DNA of 64,000 nt from Clostridia bacterium. Lineage in GTDB: Bacteria; Bacillota; Clostridia; Christensenellales; UBA1242. The notes beneath the pieces are model-generated. The model had not been told where the DNA came from, made no database searches, and saw nothing but the letters and a program-made list of their open reading frames with translations. This document shows, piece by piece, positions 7,453 to 17,365 of the stretch. Position numbers and translations under genes: made by a program. The stretch is from positions 117,238 to 181,237 of the forward strand of contig JAFTKS010000012.1 in NCBI GenBank assembly GCA_017453125.1, read 5' to 3'. Each line of letters opens with the position of its first letter. Positions within the stretch are counted from its first letter, which is position 1.

Positions 7453-10400
7453 GTGAAAAAAATAACTATTGACGGAAATACCGCCGCTGCCACCATTGCT
7501 TATCAAATGAGTGAAATTGCAGCAATTTATCCAATTACCCCTAGTAGCACTATGGCTGAACTATGTGATAGTTGGGCAAGCGAAAACAAAACAAATATTT
7601 TTGGAAACAAAGTAAAGGTTATCGAAATGCAGTCCGAAGGTGGTGCAAGTGGAACTCTTCACGGAAGTTTATGCTCTGGAGCACTTACAACTACATTCAC
7701 AGCTAGCCAAGGACTCCTTCTTATGATTCCTAATATGTACAAGATTGCCGGAGAACTTACTCCTTGCGTTATGCACGTGAGTGCGAGAGCACTTGCAACC
7801 CATGCTCTTTCTATATTTGGCGACCACTCAGACGTTATGAGTGTTAGACAAACTGGTTGGGCTATGCTTTGTTCTTCTAGTGTTCAAGAAGCAATGGATA
7901 TGGCACTTGTTGCTCACCTAGCAACGCTATCTTCAAGTGTTCCTTTTGTTCATTTCTTCGACGGATTTAGAACAAGTCACGAAATCAATACTATTGAAGA
8001 AATAGATATCGAAACAATTAAACACTTAGTTCCTTATGATAAAATAAGAGAATTCAAAGCTCGTGCACTTAACTCAAATAACCCACATCAACAAGGAACT
8101 GCTCAAAATCCAGACATTTATTTCCAAAATAGAGAAACTGCAAATGGTTACTACGATAAAACTCCAGCAATAGTTCAAGATTATATGAATAAGGTTGGAC
8201 AGATCACTGGTAGAAAATATAATATTTTTGATTATTATGGTGACCCTAATGCAGAAAACGTTATAGTTCTTATGGGAAGTGGCGCAACAACTGCTGAAGA
8301 AACTGTAAACTATTTAAATAAGAACTTCAATGCTAAAGTTGGTGTTGTAGTAGTTAGATTATACAGACCATTTGCTAGTAAAGCATTTGCTGAAGTTCTT
8401 CCAAAAACGGTTAAAAACATTGCAGTTCTTGATAGAACCAAAGAACCAGGAAGTGATGGAGAACCTTTATACAAAGATGTTGTTTGTGCTCTTGCTGAAA
8501 ACAATTTAGGAAATATCAGCGTTTATGGCGGAAGATACGGACTTGGAAGCAAAGAGTTTACACCAACTATGGTTAATGCTGTATTTGAAAACCTTCAATC
8601 AAATACTCCAAAAAACCACTTCACTGTTGGTATTGAAGACGACCTTACTCACACAAGTTTAAAAATAACAAAAAATATTTTCCCTAGTGACGAATCTGTG
8701 ACCGCCTGCAAATTCTATGGTTTCGGCGGAGACGGAACAGTTAGTGCCAATAAGAGTAGCATCAAAATTATTGGAAACAACACCGACCTTAATGGTCAAG
8801 CATACTTTGAATATGACAGCAAAAAGAGCGGAAGCGCAACAATTAGCCACTTGAGATTTGGAAAAAATAAAATTAACGAAAGCTATCTACTTGATAATAT
8901 CGATTTTGTTGCTGTTCATAAAGAGACATATGTAACAAAATATAACCTTCTTAATTTTGTAAAAGATAACGGAACACTTCTTTTGAATACAGGCTGGAAT
9001 CTTGAAGATTTGGAAACAATGCTACCAAATAGACTTAAGAAAGAAATCGCTAGCAAACATATCAAATTCTATACAATTGATGCCGATAAAATCGCTGGCG
9101 AAATTGGTCTTGGCAACAAAATAAACCTTGTAATGCAATCTGCATTCTTCAAATTAATTAACATAATTCCAATTGACACAGCCGTATCAGAAATGAAAAA
9201 ATACGCAGAAAAAAGCTATGGTAGCAAAGGTCAAGCAATTCTTGATATGAACTTCAAAGCAATCGATAGCGGTGTTAATAATATTACAGAGGTACACTAC
9301 CCTGAGTCCTGGAAAGACCTTGTAATTAATGACGAAAACACAATTGTTGGAGAACAAGAGTACTTTGAAAAAATTGTTAAACCTATAACAATGTTAGAGG
9401 GCAACAATCTTCCTGTAAGTGCATTTGACCCAAGAGGAATTGTTCCAACAAATACTGCAAAACTAGAAAAGCGTGGTGTTGCAACAGAACTTCCTTGCTG
9501 GAATAGCGAAAAATGTATTCAATGTAATATGTGTGCGTTTGTTTGTCCTCACGCAGCAATTAGACCTGTTCTTGTAAAAGAAGAAAATTTAAAAGACGCA
9601 CCAAAAACACTTCAAACCCCTAATGCAACAGGAGAACAAAACCTCAAATTTATTATGCAGGTAAGTAGCAAAGATTGTACAGGTTGTGGTGTTTGTGCAA
9701 GTGTTTGCCCAGCTAAAGAAAAAGCAATTACTATGGTTGAAGCACAAAACTTAATGGAACAAGAACATACTCATTATGAGTATTTAAACTCTATTCCACA
9801 CGAAAAAAGTGCTATATTCAAGCCTTCAACTGTAAAAGGTAGTCAGTACAATATGCCATACTTTGAATTCAGTGGTGCTTGTGCTGGTTGTGGAGAAACC
9901 CCTTACCTAAAAGTTATAAGCCAATTATTCGGTGATAAAATGATTATTGCCAATGCTACTGGTTGTTCTAGTATCTATGGAGGATCTTCCCCTACTTGCC
10001 CTTATGTAAAAGATGACAAAGGTCACGGAATTGCTTGGGCAAATAGCCTATTTGAAGACAATGCCGAATTTGGATACGGAATTAGAATGGGTCATAAAGT
10101 TCAACAAGAAGTACTAAGACAGAACTTAAATAAAATTTATGACAAAGAATATAATGAAGAATTAAACAATGCAATTGAAGAATACTTGTCTTGCGATAAT
10201 GTAACTAGACAAAGAGAACTTGCAGAAACCATTACAAGCAATTTGAATTCGATAAATGTTGAAGAAGATATGAAATTAATTAAAGAGGCAATTATCGCTA
10301 GCAAAGACAACTTCTCAAATCAATCTGTTTGGATTGTTGGTGGAGATGGCTGGGCTTATGATATTGGATATGGCGGACTTGATCACGTTCTTGCAAGTGG

Positions 10401-10971
10401 CGAGAATGTTAACATATTAGTTCTTGACACTGAAGTTTATAGTAACACAGGTGGTCAAGCAAGCAAATCAACCCCAATGGGTGCAGTTGCAAAATTTGCT
10501 AGTAATGGTAAGAGAACCAACAAGAAAGACCTTGGAATGATAGCTGCACAATACAAAGACGTATATGTTGCAAAAGTTGCTATGGGTGCTAATATGAATC
10601 AATTCCTAACAGCAATTCAAGAAGCCGAAAGTTATAACGGAGTATCAATCATTATCGCTTATGCTCCTTGTATCAACCACGGAATCAAAATGCAGAATAG
10701 TCAACTTGAACAAAAGAAAGCTGTTGAAAGCGGATATTGGCATTTGTATAGATACAACCCTCTTCTAAAAGAACAAGGCAAAAATCCATTCATTCTAGAT
10801 AGCAAAGAACCAACACTTGACTATACAGAATTCTTAAAAGGCGAAACTCGTTACAAGAGCTTACTTGCCAAGAATGAAGAACTTGCACTTGAACTATTTG
10901 AAGAATCTAAACAAAATGCTCTTGACACATACAATCACTATAAAGCCCTTGCTGAAAAATGTGATTTCTAA
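7453..10971 (+). CDS. nifJ: pyruvate:ferredoxin (flavodoxin) oxidoreductase, single-polypeptide PFOR
   Basis: 1172 aa, GTG start 7 nt after AAAGGAG. Two ferredoxin motifs CIQCNMCAFVCP and CTGCGVCASVCP; TPP motif GGDGWAYDIGYGGLDH. Confidence 0.95.
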   Translation: MKKITIDGNTAAATIAYQMSEIAAIYPITPSSTMAELCDSWASENKTNIFGNKVKVIEMQSEGGASGTLHGSLCSGALTTTFTASQGLLLMIPNMYKIAGELTPCVMHVSARALATHALSIFGDHSDVMSVRQTGWAMLCSSSVQEAMDMALVAHLATLSSSVPFVHFFDGFRTSHEINTIEEIDIETIKHLVPYDKIREFKARALNSNNPHQQGTAQNPDIYFQNRETANGYYDKTPAIVQDYMNKVGQITGRKYNIFDYYGDPNAENVIVLMGSGATTAEETVNYLNKNFNAKVGVVVVRLYRPFASKAFAEVLPKTVKNIAVLDRTKEPGSDGEPLYKDVVCALAENNLGNISVYGGRYGLGSKEFTPTMVNAVFENLQSNTPKNHFTVGIEDDLTHTSLKITKNIFPSDESVTACKFYGFGGDGTVSANKSSIKIIGNNTDLNGQAYFEYDSKKSGSATISHLRFGKNKINESYLLDNIDFVAVHKETYVTKYNLLNFVKDNGTLLLNTGWNLEDLETMLPNRLKKEIASKHIKFYTIDADKIAGEIGLGNKINLVMQSAFFKLINIIPIDTAVSEMKKYAEKSYGSKGQAILDMNFKAIDSGVNNITEVHYPESWKDLVINDENTIVGEQEYFEKIVKPITMLEGNNLPVSAFDPRGIVPTNTAKLEKRGVATELPCWNSEKCIQCNMCAFVCPHAAIRPVLVKEENLKDAPKTLQTPNATGEQNLKFIMQVSSKDCTGCGVCASVCPAKEKAITMVEAQNLMEQEHTHYEYLNSIPHEKSAIFKPSTVKGSQYNMPYFEFSGACAGCGETPYLKVISQLFGDKMIIANATGCSSIYGGSSPTCPYVKDDKGHGIAWANSLFEDNAEFGYGIRMGHKVQQEVLRQNLNKIYDKEYNEELNNAIEEYLSCDNVTRQRELAETITSNLNSINVEEDMKLIKEAIIASKDNFSNQSVWIVGGDGWAYDIGYGGLDHVLASGENVNILVLDTEVYSNTGGQASKSTPMGAVAKFASNGKRTNKKDLGMIAAQYKDVYVAKVAMGANMNQFLTAIQEAESYNGVSIIIAYAPCINHGIKMQNSQLEQKKAVESGYWHLYRYNPLLKEQGKNPFILDSKEPTLDYTEFLKGETRYKSLLAKNEELALELFEESKQNALDTYNHYKALAEKCDF

Positions 10972-10983
10972 CAAGAACTAAAA

Positions 10984-11015
10984 AAGAGACTAGTATGATC
11001 TAGCCTCTTTTTTTA
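10984..11015 (+). terminator. intrinsic terminator after PFOR
   Basis: AAGAGACTAG-TATGAT-CTAG(C)CTCTT stem followed by TTTTT. Confidence 0.65.
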
Positions 11016-11016
11016 T

Positions 11017-11058
11017 AAAAAAATACAAGACAAAATTTCAACAAACTCAGTCTTGTAT
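11017..11058 (-). terminator. intrinsic terminator after tkt
   Basis: On the minus strand, ATACAAGAC...GTCTTGTAT stem followed by a U run. Confidence 0.6.
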
Positions 11059-11174
11059 CTCACATTTGCTTTTTACAAATGTTTAAACTTGTAATGTTGA
11101 CAGATAATTTCCATTATATGTTCATTACACTATTATATTTTTCATTATTTTTTAAATTATACATTGGTTTTTAA

Positions 11175-13145
11175 TTATTCTTTATTTGCATTTATAACTT
11201 TTATAATTTCTTTTGAAATATCCTCAGGGGTAAGTTTGAATTTCTTATAAATATCGTCTGGCGTTGCACTTAGCCCAAATTCATCAACCCCAAAACATTT
11301 ACCAAACTTTCCTACATATTTATACCAACCACTAGTAGAACCCGCCTCAATCGAAAATACAGACTTAATACTAGGAGGAATGATTCCATCTCTATATTTT
11401 TGAGGCTGTTCATCAAAGATATCAACGCAAGGCATACTAACAACACGAATATTATAACCTTTCGATTCTAGTATTTTCTTGACATCAAGAGCCAAACTTA
11501 ACTCACTACCTGTAGCAATGATAATACCATTTATATTACCATTGTTTTCTTTTGCTACAATATATCCGCCCATCAAAGCATCTTTGATATTACATTCAAA
11601 CTCAGGCAATTTTTGTCTTGACAAAGCCAAAACAGAAGAACCTTGGTATGACAAGGCAGACACATACGAAGCAACAACTTCTTTCAAATTTGCAGGTCTG
11701 AATACATAAGTTTTTGGTATATTTCTAAGTCCCCACAATTGTTCACAAGATTGATGGGTCGCTCCATCTTCGCCTACTGCAATACTATCGTGAGTAAGGA
11801 CTGTAATCACTTTTTGATTCATAAGTGCTGTTAATCTCAATGCACTTTTTAAATAATCACTAAACACCATAAATGTACTCTGAACGGGAACAAGTCCGCC
11901 ATATAATGCAATTCCATTTGAAATAGTGCTCATACCAAATTCTCTGATACCGCATTTCAAATTGTTATTTCCAAAGTTATCATTTATAAATCCACTATCT
12001 TTTTGAATTGCTTTCGTACTTCCAAAAACATCTGCAGAAGCACAAATAATATTAGCATTTTTGCTAGCTAATGTATTTAATACAAGTCCACCTAGGTCTC
12101 TTCCTGACATACTCTCAGATATACCTAAAGTATTCAAACTTGAAAAATCAAATTCATTACTCAAATATTGATTTAACAACTTATAATCACCAGGATAATG
12201 CTTGCTATAAGCTTTCAATCTATCTTTAAAACTCTTTTTGATAGCAGTAAATCTTTTTCTTAAAAATACAAAATCTCTTAAAACATCTTTTCCTAAATCA
12301 AATGGTTGGGTGCTCACATTTAATTTTTCTCTTAATAAAGCCACATTTTCTTGACCTAAAACAGAACCGTGCGCCTTGTTTGAGTTTTCATAAACGCTTC
12401 CAAATCCAATTTTTGTATTTATCTTTATAAAACTAGGTTTTGAAGACATTTTTGCTTTCGATATTGCATTCGATATATCTTCGACATTATTGCCATCTTT
12501 CACTTCTATTACATTAAATCCAATGCTTTCGGCATATGCCTTGATATCCATATTCATTACATTCTGAGTACTTGCATCAAGAGTTACATTATTACAATCA
12601 TATAATACTATAAGTTTATTAAGTCCAAGAGTACCTGCCAAACTAAGAGCCTCAAAAGACACTCCTTCCATCAAACACCCCTCTCCAACAAGTGCATACG
12701 TATAATTATCAAAAAGAGTAATGTCAGGCTTATTAAACTTACTAGCCATTAATTTCTGAGCAAGAGCCATACCAACTGCAGTAGAAACACCCTGACCAAG
12801 AGGACCTGTGGTCGCATCAACGCCAGGAACAAGTCCATATTCAGGGTGTCCAGGAGTTATACTATCCAATTTTCTAAACGATTTCAAATCATCAAGCGTC
12901 AAATCAAAACCAAAAGCGTGAAGAGTTGCATAATATATACTACTTCCGTGTCCAGCAGACATAACAAATCTATCTCTAAATATATTTTTATCATCATCAG
13001 GAACTACATTCAAATGCTTTGAATACAAAGCATATAAAATTGGTGCACTGCTCAAAGCAATACCAGGATGTCCAGATTTTGCATTTTCAATCATATCAAC
13101 AGCAAGAATTCTTAGTGCATTTACATTTTTATTTTCCAAATTCAT
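11175..13145 (-). CDS. tkt: transketolase
   Basis: 656 aa; SGHPG, TPP-binding region GEGCLMEGVS, HDSIAVGEDGATHQ. Confidence 0.95.
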   Translation of the reverse strand: MNLENKNVNALRILAVDMIENAKSGHPGIALSSAPILYALYSKHLNVVPDDDKNIFRDRFVMSAGHGSSIYYATLHAFGFDLTLDDLKSFRKLDSITPGHPEYGLVPGVDATTGPLGQGVSTAVGMALAQKLMASKFNKPDITLFDNYTYALVGEGCLMEGVSFEALSLAGTLGLNKLIVLYDCNNVTLDASTQNVMNMDIKAYAESIGFNVIEVKDGNNVEDISNAISKAKMSSKPSFIKINTKIGFGSVYENSNKAHGSVLGQENVALLREKLNVSTQPFDLGKDVLRDFVFLRKRFTAIKKSFKDRLKAYSKHYPGDYKLLNQYLSNEFDFSSLNTLGISESMSGRDLGGLVLNTLASKNANIICASADVFGSTKAIQKDSGFINDNFGNNNLKCGIREFGMSTISNGIALYGGLVPVQSTFMVFSDYLKSALRLTALMNQKVITVLTHDSIAVGEDGATHQSCEQLWGLRNIPKTYVFRPANLKEVVASYVSALSYQGSSVLALSRQKLPEFECNIKDALMGGYIVAKENNGNINGIIIATGSELSLALDVKKILESKGYNIRVVSMPCVDIFDEQPQKYRDGIIPPSIKSVFSIEAGSTSGWYKYVGKFGKCFGVDEFGLSATPDDIYKKFKLTPEDISKEIIKVINANKE

Positions 13146-13159
13146 ATTTAATCACCTTT

Positions 13160-13663
13160 CTAAGAGTAAAACCTCAAAATTTGTTCTATTATACTCGTTT
13201 CTAATTGTTCCTCATTCATATTCAAGCAATCAATAGTCAGATCCGATATCTTCCTACAAATGAAATCCCTATCGTTAAAAACAGCCAAATTAAGTTCTTT
13301 TTCATTGTCTTGTATATTTTCTCTTTCTAATTCTAACACATATCTATCTTCATTTAATCTTAAATAAATAATAAGACAATTTTCCTGCACAACAGCCAAG
13401 GAACTTTCGTTATTTAAACTTGAATATTGAATATTAATTAATGTATTTTCGTATGTTGCCACTCTTTTTATAACTGAACGCTCTTCTTTCAAAATATATT
13501 CATGTCCACAAACTTGTTCAACTCGTAACAAATCCATCAATTCAAACTCAAGAATATCTTGAACGTTTGCATAAAACATATCCAATTTTATCGATAATTG
13601 CCTGCATATAGTTTCTGTAAGTTGTTTTGTAAGACCAACAATACATATATTTGACTTTGACAT
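13160..13663 (-). CDS. shikimate-kinase-like protein with degenerate P-loop
   Basis: Start moved to ATG 13663 (AAGGAGGG RBS). NICIVGLTKQLTETICRQLSIKLDMFYANVQDILE aligns with AroK [35 protein letters not shown], but GxxGxGKS/T is replaced by GLTKQLTE. Confidence 0.55.
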   Translation of the reverse strand: MSKSNICIVGLTKQLTETICRQLSIKLDMFYANVQDILEFELMDLLRVEQVCGHEYILKEERSVIKRVATYENTLINIQYSSLNNESSLAVVQENCLIIYLRLNEDRYVLELERENIQDNEKELNLAVFNDRDFICRKISDLTIDCLNMNEEQLETSIIEQILRFYS

Positions 13664-13722
13664 ATGCCCTCCTTCTGCAACTACTGCAATACAATTAACC
13701 AAATATCGCTTTTATTTTCTTT

Positions 13723-13751
13723 AGTATACTAGATAGTTGCATATTTTTCAA
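13723..13751 (-). promoter_or_regulatory. sigma-A type promoter for 13160-13663
   Basis: Minus strand TTGAAA (13751-13746), 17 nt, TATACT (13728-13723). Confidence 0.55.
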
Positions 13752-13789
13752 TCAATTTTGAAATAATCATCATATTAATTCAAAAACTT

Positions 13790-13828
13790 TTACAATTGTT
13801 TTACAACTTTTACAAAAAACAATTGTAA
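13790..13828 (-). terminator. inverted repeat, probable terminator of the patatin / MBL operon
   Basis: 10-bp arms TTACAATTGT (13790-13799) and ACAATTGTAA (13819-13828). On the minus strand it is followed by AAGTTTTT and lies just after the stop at 13834. Confidence 0.45.
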
Positions 13829-13833
13829 TTTCT

Positions 13834-14970
13834 TTATTTCAGGACATTTTGAGAATCAATATTTTTTTGAGCATTCTCTTGATATTGTCTATTTTGTATT
13901 ATAAATCTTCGATTTTTCCTAAACGTATAATAATATGGTTTTAGCATTAATAATAGCAAAACAACAATAGCAATTGAAGAATAAACAAAATAACTTACAA
14001 ACGAATAATCATCAATATTTTCTATAAAAGAAACATTAATTTTATCACCTAGTTCAAATACAACATTTCCCTTATCTTTTGTGGTATACAAGTTGTTAAA
14101 CAAATTTGTATCATTTTCTTGGTCGTATTCTAGAACTCTTTGCAGAGTTTTTATAGAAGGATGACCAAATGTATTTTCTCCTACACTTATACAAGCAAAT
14201 TCAGGAGACGTTGCCTGCAAAAATTGTTTACTTGTGGAATTATAACTACCATGGTGCGCAAATTTCAAAATATCAACATCTAATTCACTACTATACTTTT
14301 CTAAAACTACTTGTTCAATTTTTGACGACACATCACCTGTTAACAAAGCAGAAAAACCATTGTATTCAAGTTTTATTATAGGACTATATTCATTTGTTGA
14401 ATTGAAATGAGTATCAAGAGTTGGAGCAAGCCAGTTTAATTCCGTATTACCCACTTTTAACTGCAAACCCTCTGAATTTACCCTAGTATCTATATTGTGA
14501 GTTGATGCATATTCTATAATTTCATCAAAAGTATTATTAGATTCCATAGAAGACAAATCTTCATATGTAGAAATATTAGGAGGTCTAAAAAAGACATCAA
14601 TATTGAAATTTTTCATCAAACTTAAAACATTCGCACTATGATCGGTATCAATATGAGTCAACACCAAATAATTAATAGTTTTTGTTTTATCTAGTACAAG
14701 ATTTTCCAAATAATAAGTTAATTTTTGGTTATACTCTTGAGTTCCACTATCTACGAGCATTACCTCTCCATTGTCAAATTTAATGGCAATCGCATCACCT
14801 TGTCCAACATCTAAAAAATGAATCTCTGTATTATTATTAAATTCGTAATTCGGATTTAAAAGCAAGAAAACAGATAGTGTTTTATGAAAAAAGTTAGAAA
14901 AAAGAATTGCTAAAATAACAATTATATAAATTGTATTAATCACTCTTCTTCCTTGTACAACTTCTTTCAT
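13834..14970 (-). CDS. ComEC/Rec2-related metallo-beta-lactamase-fold membrane protein (stand-alone C-terminal-domain type)
   Basis: N-terminal TM; HFLDVGQGDAIAI, LVLTHIDTDHSANV and KFAHHGS motifs typical of the ComEC MBL domain; C-terminal TM. Confidence 0.75.
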   Translation of the reverse strand: MKEVVQGRRVINTIYIIVILAILFSNFFHKTLSVFLLLNPNYEFNNNTEIHFLDVGQGDAIAIKFDNGEVMLVDSGTQEYNQKLTYYLENLVLDKTKTINYLVLTHIDTDHSANVLSLMKNFNIDVFFRPPNISTYEDLSSMESNNTFDEIIEYASTHNIDTRVNSEGLQLKVGNTELNWLAPTLDTHFNSTNEYSPIIKLEYNGFSALLTGDVSSKIEQVVLEKYSSELDVDILKFAHHGSYNSTSKQFLQATSPEFACISVGENTFGHPSIKTLQRVLEYDQENDTNLFNNLYTTKDKGNVVFELGDKINVSFIENIDDYSFVSYFVYSSIAIVVLLLLMLKPYYYTFRKNRRFIIQNRQYQENAQKNIDSQNVLK

Positions 14971-15809
14971 TTTCTCTTTGCTTTAAAACCCCACCAATGT
15001 TTCTTAATTTTCTTTCTTTTCAAAAGTTCTTTAATTTGTGGCATCATAGACTTCGTTGCTCGATAACCCTCTTCAATCATTTCAAGCATTCCATCCATTT
15101 TTGAAGCACGAAATCTTTTAAGGTCTGGTTTTATAATTAAATCGGAATTTAAATAACCTTTTATGGCATTACTTTTCATCATTATATCAACACTAGCCAT
15201 AATCAAATCAAAATATTTAGTTGAATCTGTACCATTTCCCCTTGTTGAGTTAATATCAACAGAAATGACAGCATCGCAACCAAGTTTTCTCAAAACATCA
15301 GCTGGAATAGTATTCTGCAAACCTCCATCAAAGAGCAACTTATCCTCAAACTCAACCGCGTGAAAAACCGTAGGCACAGCACAACTACCAGCCAAAGCCT
15401 TTGAAAGATTACCTTCAGTAATATCTACCTCATTACCCGACTTCATATCAACTGCTACTGCACAAAAAGGTGTTTTCAAATCCTTGATATCAATGTCTCC
15501 AACTACTTTTTTCACAATTTCTTCAATAGCATCTGTAGGGCTTGGAACAAGAGGAAGCTTACTTTTTCTAATATCTTTTAATTTTAAATTAGTAGCAATT
15601 TCTTGCATTTGGTCACTACTCAAACCATATGCCAACATTGCTCCCATAACAGAACCAATAGATGTTCCCGCTATATAATCAAACGTAATTCCCTCTTCTT
15701 CAAAAGCACGAACACAACCAATTAAGGCAAAACCTCTAGCACCACCACCGCCAAAAGCAAGTCCAACTTTTTTAAATTTTTTTAATTTTGGAGCAACTAA
15801 TATTTCCAT
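14967..15809 (-). CDS. patatin-like phospholipase
   Basis: Start moved to ATG 15809 (AGAGGA RBS). GGGGARG oxyanion motif, GTSIGS (GxSxG) and DGG motif. Its TGA stop overlaps the ATG of the downstream MBL gene (ATGA). Confidence 0.85.
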   Translation of the reverse strand: MEILVAPKLKKFKKVGLAFGGGGARGFALIGCVRAFEEEGITFDYIAGTSIGSVMGAMLAYGLSSDQMQEIATNLKLKDIRKSKLPLVPSPTDAIEEIVKKVVGDIDIKDLKTPFCAVAVDMKSGNEVDITEGNLSKALAGSCAVPTVFHAVEFEDKLLFDGGLQNTIPADVLRKLGCDAVISVDINSTRGNGTDSTKYFDLIMASVDIMMKSNAIKGYLNSDLIIKPDLKRFRASKMDGMLEMIEEGYRATKSMMPQIKELLKRKKIKKHWWGFKAKRK

Positions 15810-15978
15810 AAAATCCTCTATAATTCTAGACTTATTTATACATATTATACACTTATTTTGTATCAACACAAAACATTTTTCATAGTAAGAGATGCAATTG
15901 TAATTTAAAAATAAAAACCATCAAAAAAATTATAGACAAATATTTTTAATAATTGTAAACTAACTAAGAGGTGATACT

Positions 15979-16656
15979 ATGTTTATAATTACAAAAAATT
16001 GGTATGAAAAATTAAAAAACGTTTTTGACACGCAAGAATATAAAGATTTAGAAAAATGGTTAAATGTAGAATACCAATCTAAAACAATATATCCTGCACC
16101 AGAAAAAGTATTTAATGCATTAAATCTAGTCAAATTTGATGAAATAAAAGTTGTAATTATTGGTCAAGACCCATACCACAACCCAAAGCAAGCACACGGA
16201 CTTTCTTTTTCTGTAGAAGAAGATATAAACATTCCCCCATCTTTGCAAAACATATATAAAGAACTGCATAATGACATAGGCTGTTATATTCCAAATAACG
16301 GAAACTTAACAAAATGGGCAAAACAAGGAGTGTTGTTATTAAACAGTGTTTTGACTGTGGAAAAAAACAAACCCAATAGCCACAAAGGCAAAGGTTGGGA
16401 AAAAGTTACTACAGAAATAATAAATTTAATAAATAAACGCGAGTCCCCTGTAATATTCTTACTATGGGGAGGAAATGCAAAGTCTCTTGGAAAAAATATT
16501 GATACAAATAAACACTACGTACTAACAAGCGTACATCCAAGCCCAATGAGTGCAAATCAAGGTGGATGGTTTGGAAATAATCATTTTAGCAAAACAAATA
16601 AAATTTTGAAAGAATTAGGAAAACCTGAAATTGATTGGCAAATAGAAAACAAATAG
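15979..16656 (+). CDS. ung: uracil-DNA glycosylase
   Basis: GQDPYH and HPSPMSA family-1 UDG motifs; 225 aa. Confidence 0.93.
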   Translation: MFIITKNWYEKLKNVFDTQEYKDLEKWLNVEYQSKTIYPAPEKVFNALNLVKFDEIKVVIIGQDPYHNPKQAHGLSFSVEEDINIPPSLQNIYKELHNDIGCYIPNNGNLTKWAKQGVLLLNSVLTVEKNKPNSHKGKGWEKVTTEIINLINKRESPVIFLLWGGNAKSLGKNIDTNKHYVLTSVHPSPMSANQGGWFGNNHFSKTNKILKELGKPEIDWQIENK

Positions 16657-16678
16657 GAAGAGATCCTTCCTATTTTTT
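16655..16678 (+). terminator. intrinsic terminator after ung
   Basis: AGGAAG-AGATC-CTTCCT stem followed by TTTTTT. Confidence 0.65.
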
Positions 16679-16747
16679 AATTAGGTATTTACAAAAGAAT
16701 CAAATAATAGTAAAATATATGTAAGTAATTTTGAAAGGAGCAATACT

Positions 16748-17332
16748 ATGAATTTTTTACTAGGAATATTTGTAGATGCCATTTTGCCAATCATTATCAT
16801 CGCATTAGCAATCACAGCATCAATAATATTATTTAAGTATTTAAGAAAAAATTTTGATAAGCCAATCAACAATGTTCCTACAGCATCTCCTAATGCAAAA
16901 GTAAAATTGAAATCACATTATTGCACAGAAGAGGAAATGAGATTTTTAGACGCACTCCACAAAGCACTGCCAAGAGAATGTATTTCATTTCCAAGAGTTG
17001 GCGTATCACAATTAATAGAGCCAAAAGATAATATGAATGACTACAAGGCAATAGCAGATAAGTTTGTAGACATTGTTGTATTTCTCAGAAAAGATATGAA
17101 ACCCATACTAGTGATAGACCTATATCAATCAAGTCCAGTAGCACAACAATTAAAAAAATTTGACGAAAATATTACAAACGTTTTAAAGTCAGCAAAAATA
17201 CCAATCATACACAAACAACTTCAAGAAGAATACAAAATAGATGAATTAACTATAGAAATACTAAACAATCTAGACTCATCAACATTAACATATTTGAAGA
17301 CAATATCCATAGGAGCATTTGACAAGAAGTAG
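16748..17332 (+). CDS. membrane-anchored DUF2726-like (restriction-endonuclease-fold) protein
   Basis: N-terminal TM, then TEEEMRFLDALHKALPRECISFPRVGVSQLI...FVDIVVF...PILVIDL, which matches my memory of the DUF2726 pattern. Confidence 0.5.
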   Translation: MNFLLGIFVDAILPIIIIALAITASIILFKYLRKNFDKPINNVPTASPNAKVKLKSHYCTEEEMRFLDALHKALPRECISFPRVGVSQLIEPKDNMNDYKAIADKFVDIVVFLRKDMKPILVIDLYQSSPVAQQLKKFDENITNVLKSAKIPIIHKQLQEEYKIDELTIEILNNLDSSTLTYLKTISIGAFDKK

Positions 17333-17349
17333 TCACTTCTTGTCTTTTT
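17321..17349 (+). terminator. intrinsic terminator after 16748-17332
   Basis: GACAAGAAGT-AGTC-ACTTCTTGTC stem plus TTTTT; overlaps the stop codon. Confidence 0.7.
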
Positions 17350-17365
17350 CTTTCATTTATCAACA

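Noticed and set aside
16681-16872. 63-aa minus-strand ORF
   Set aside because: It is antisense to the TM-coding 5' end of the DUF2726-like gene and overlaps the ung terminator. It has no RBS.
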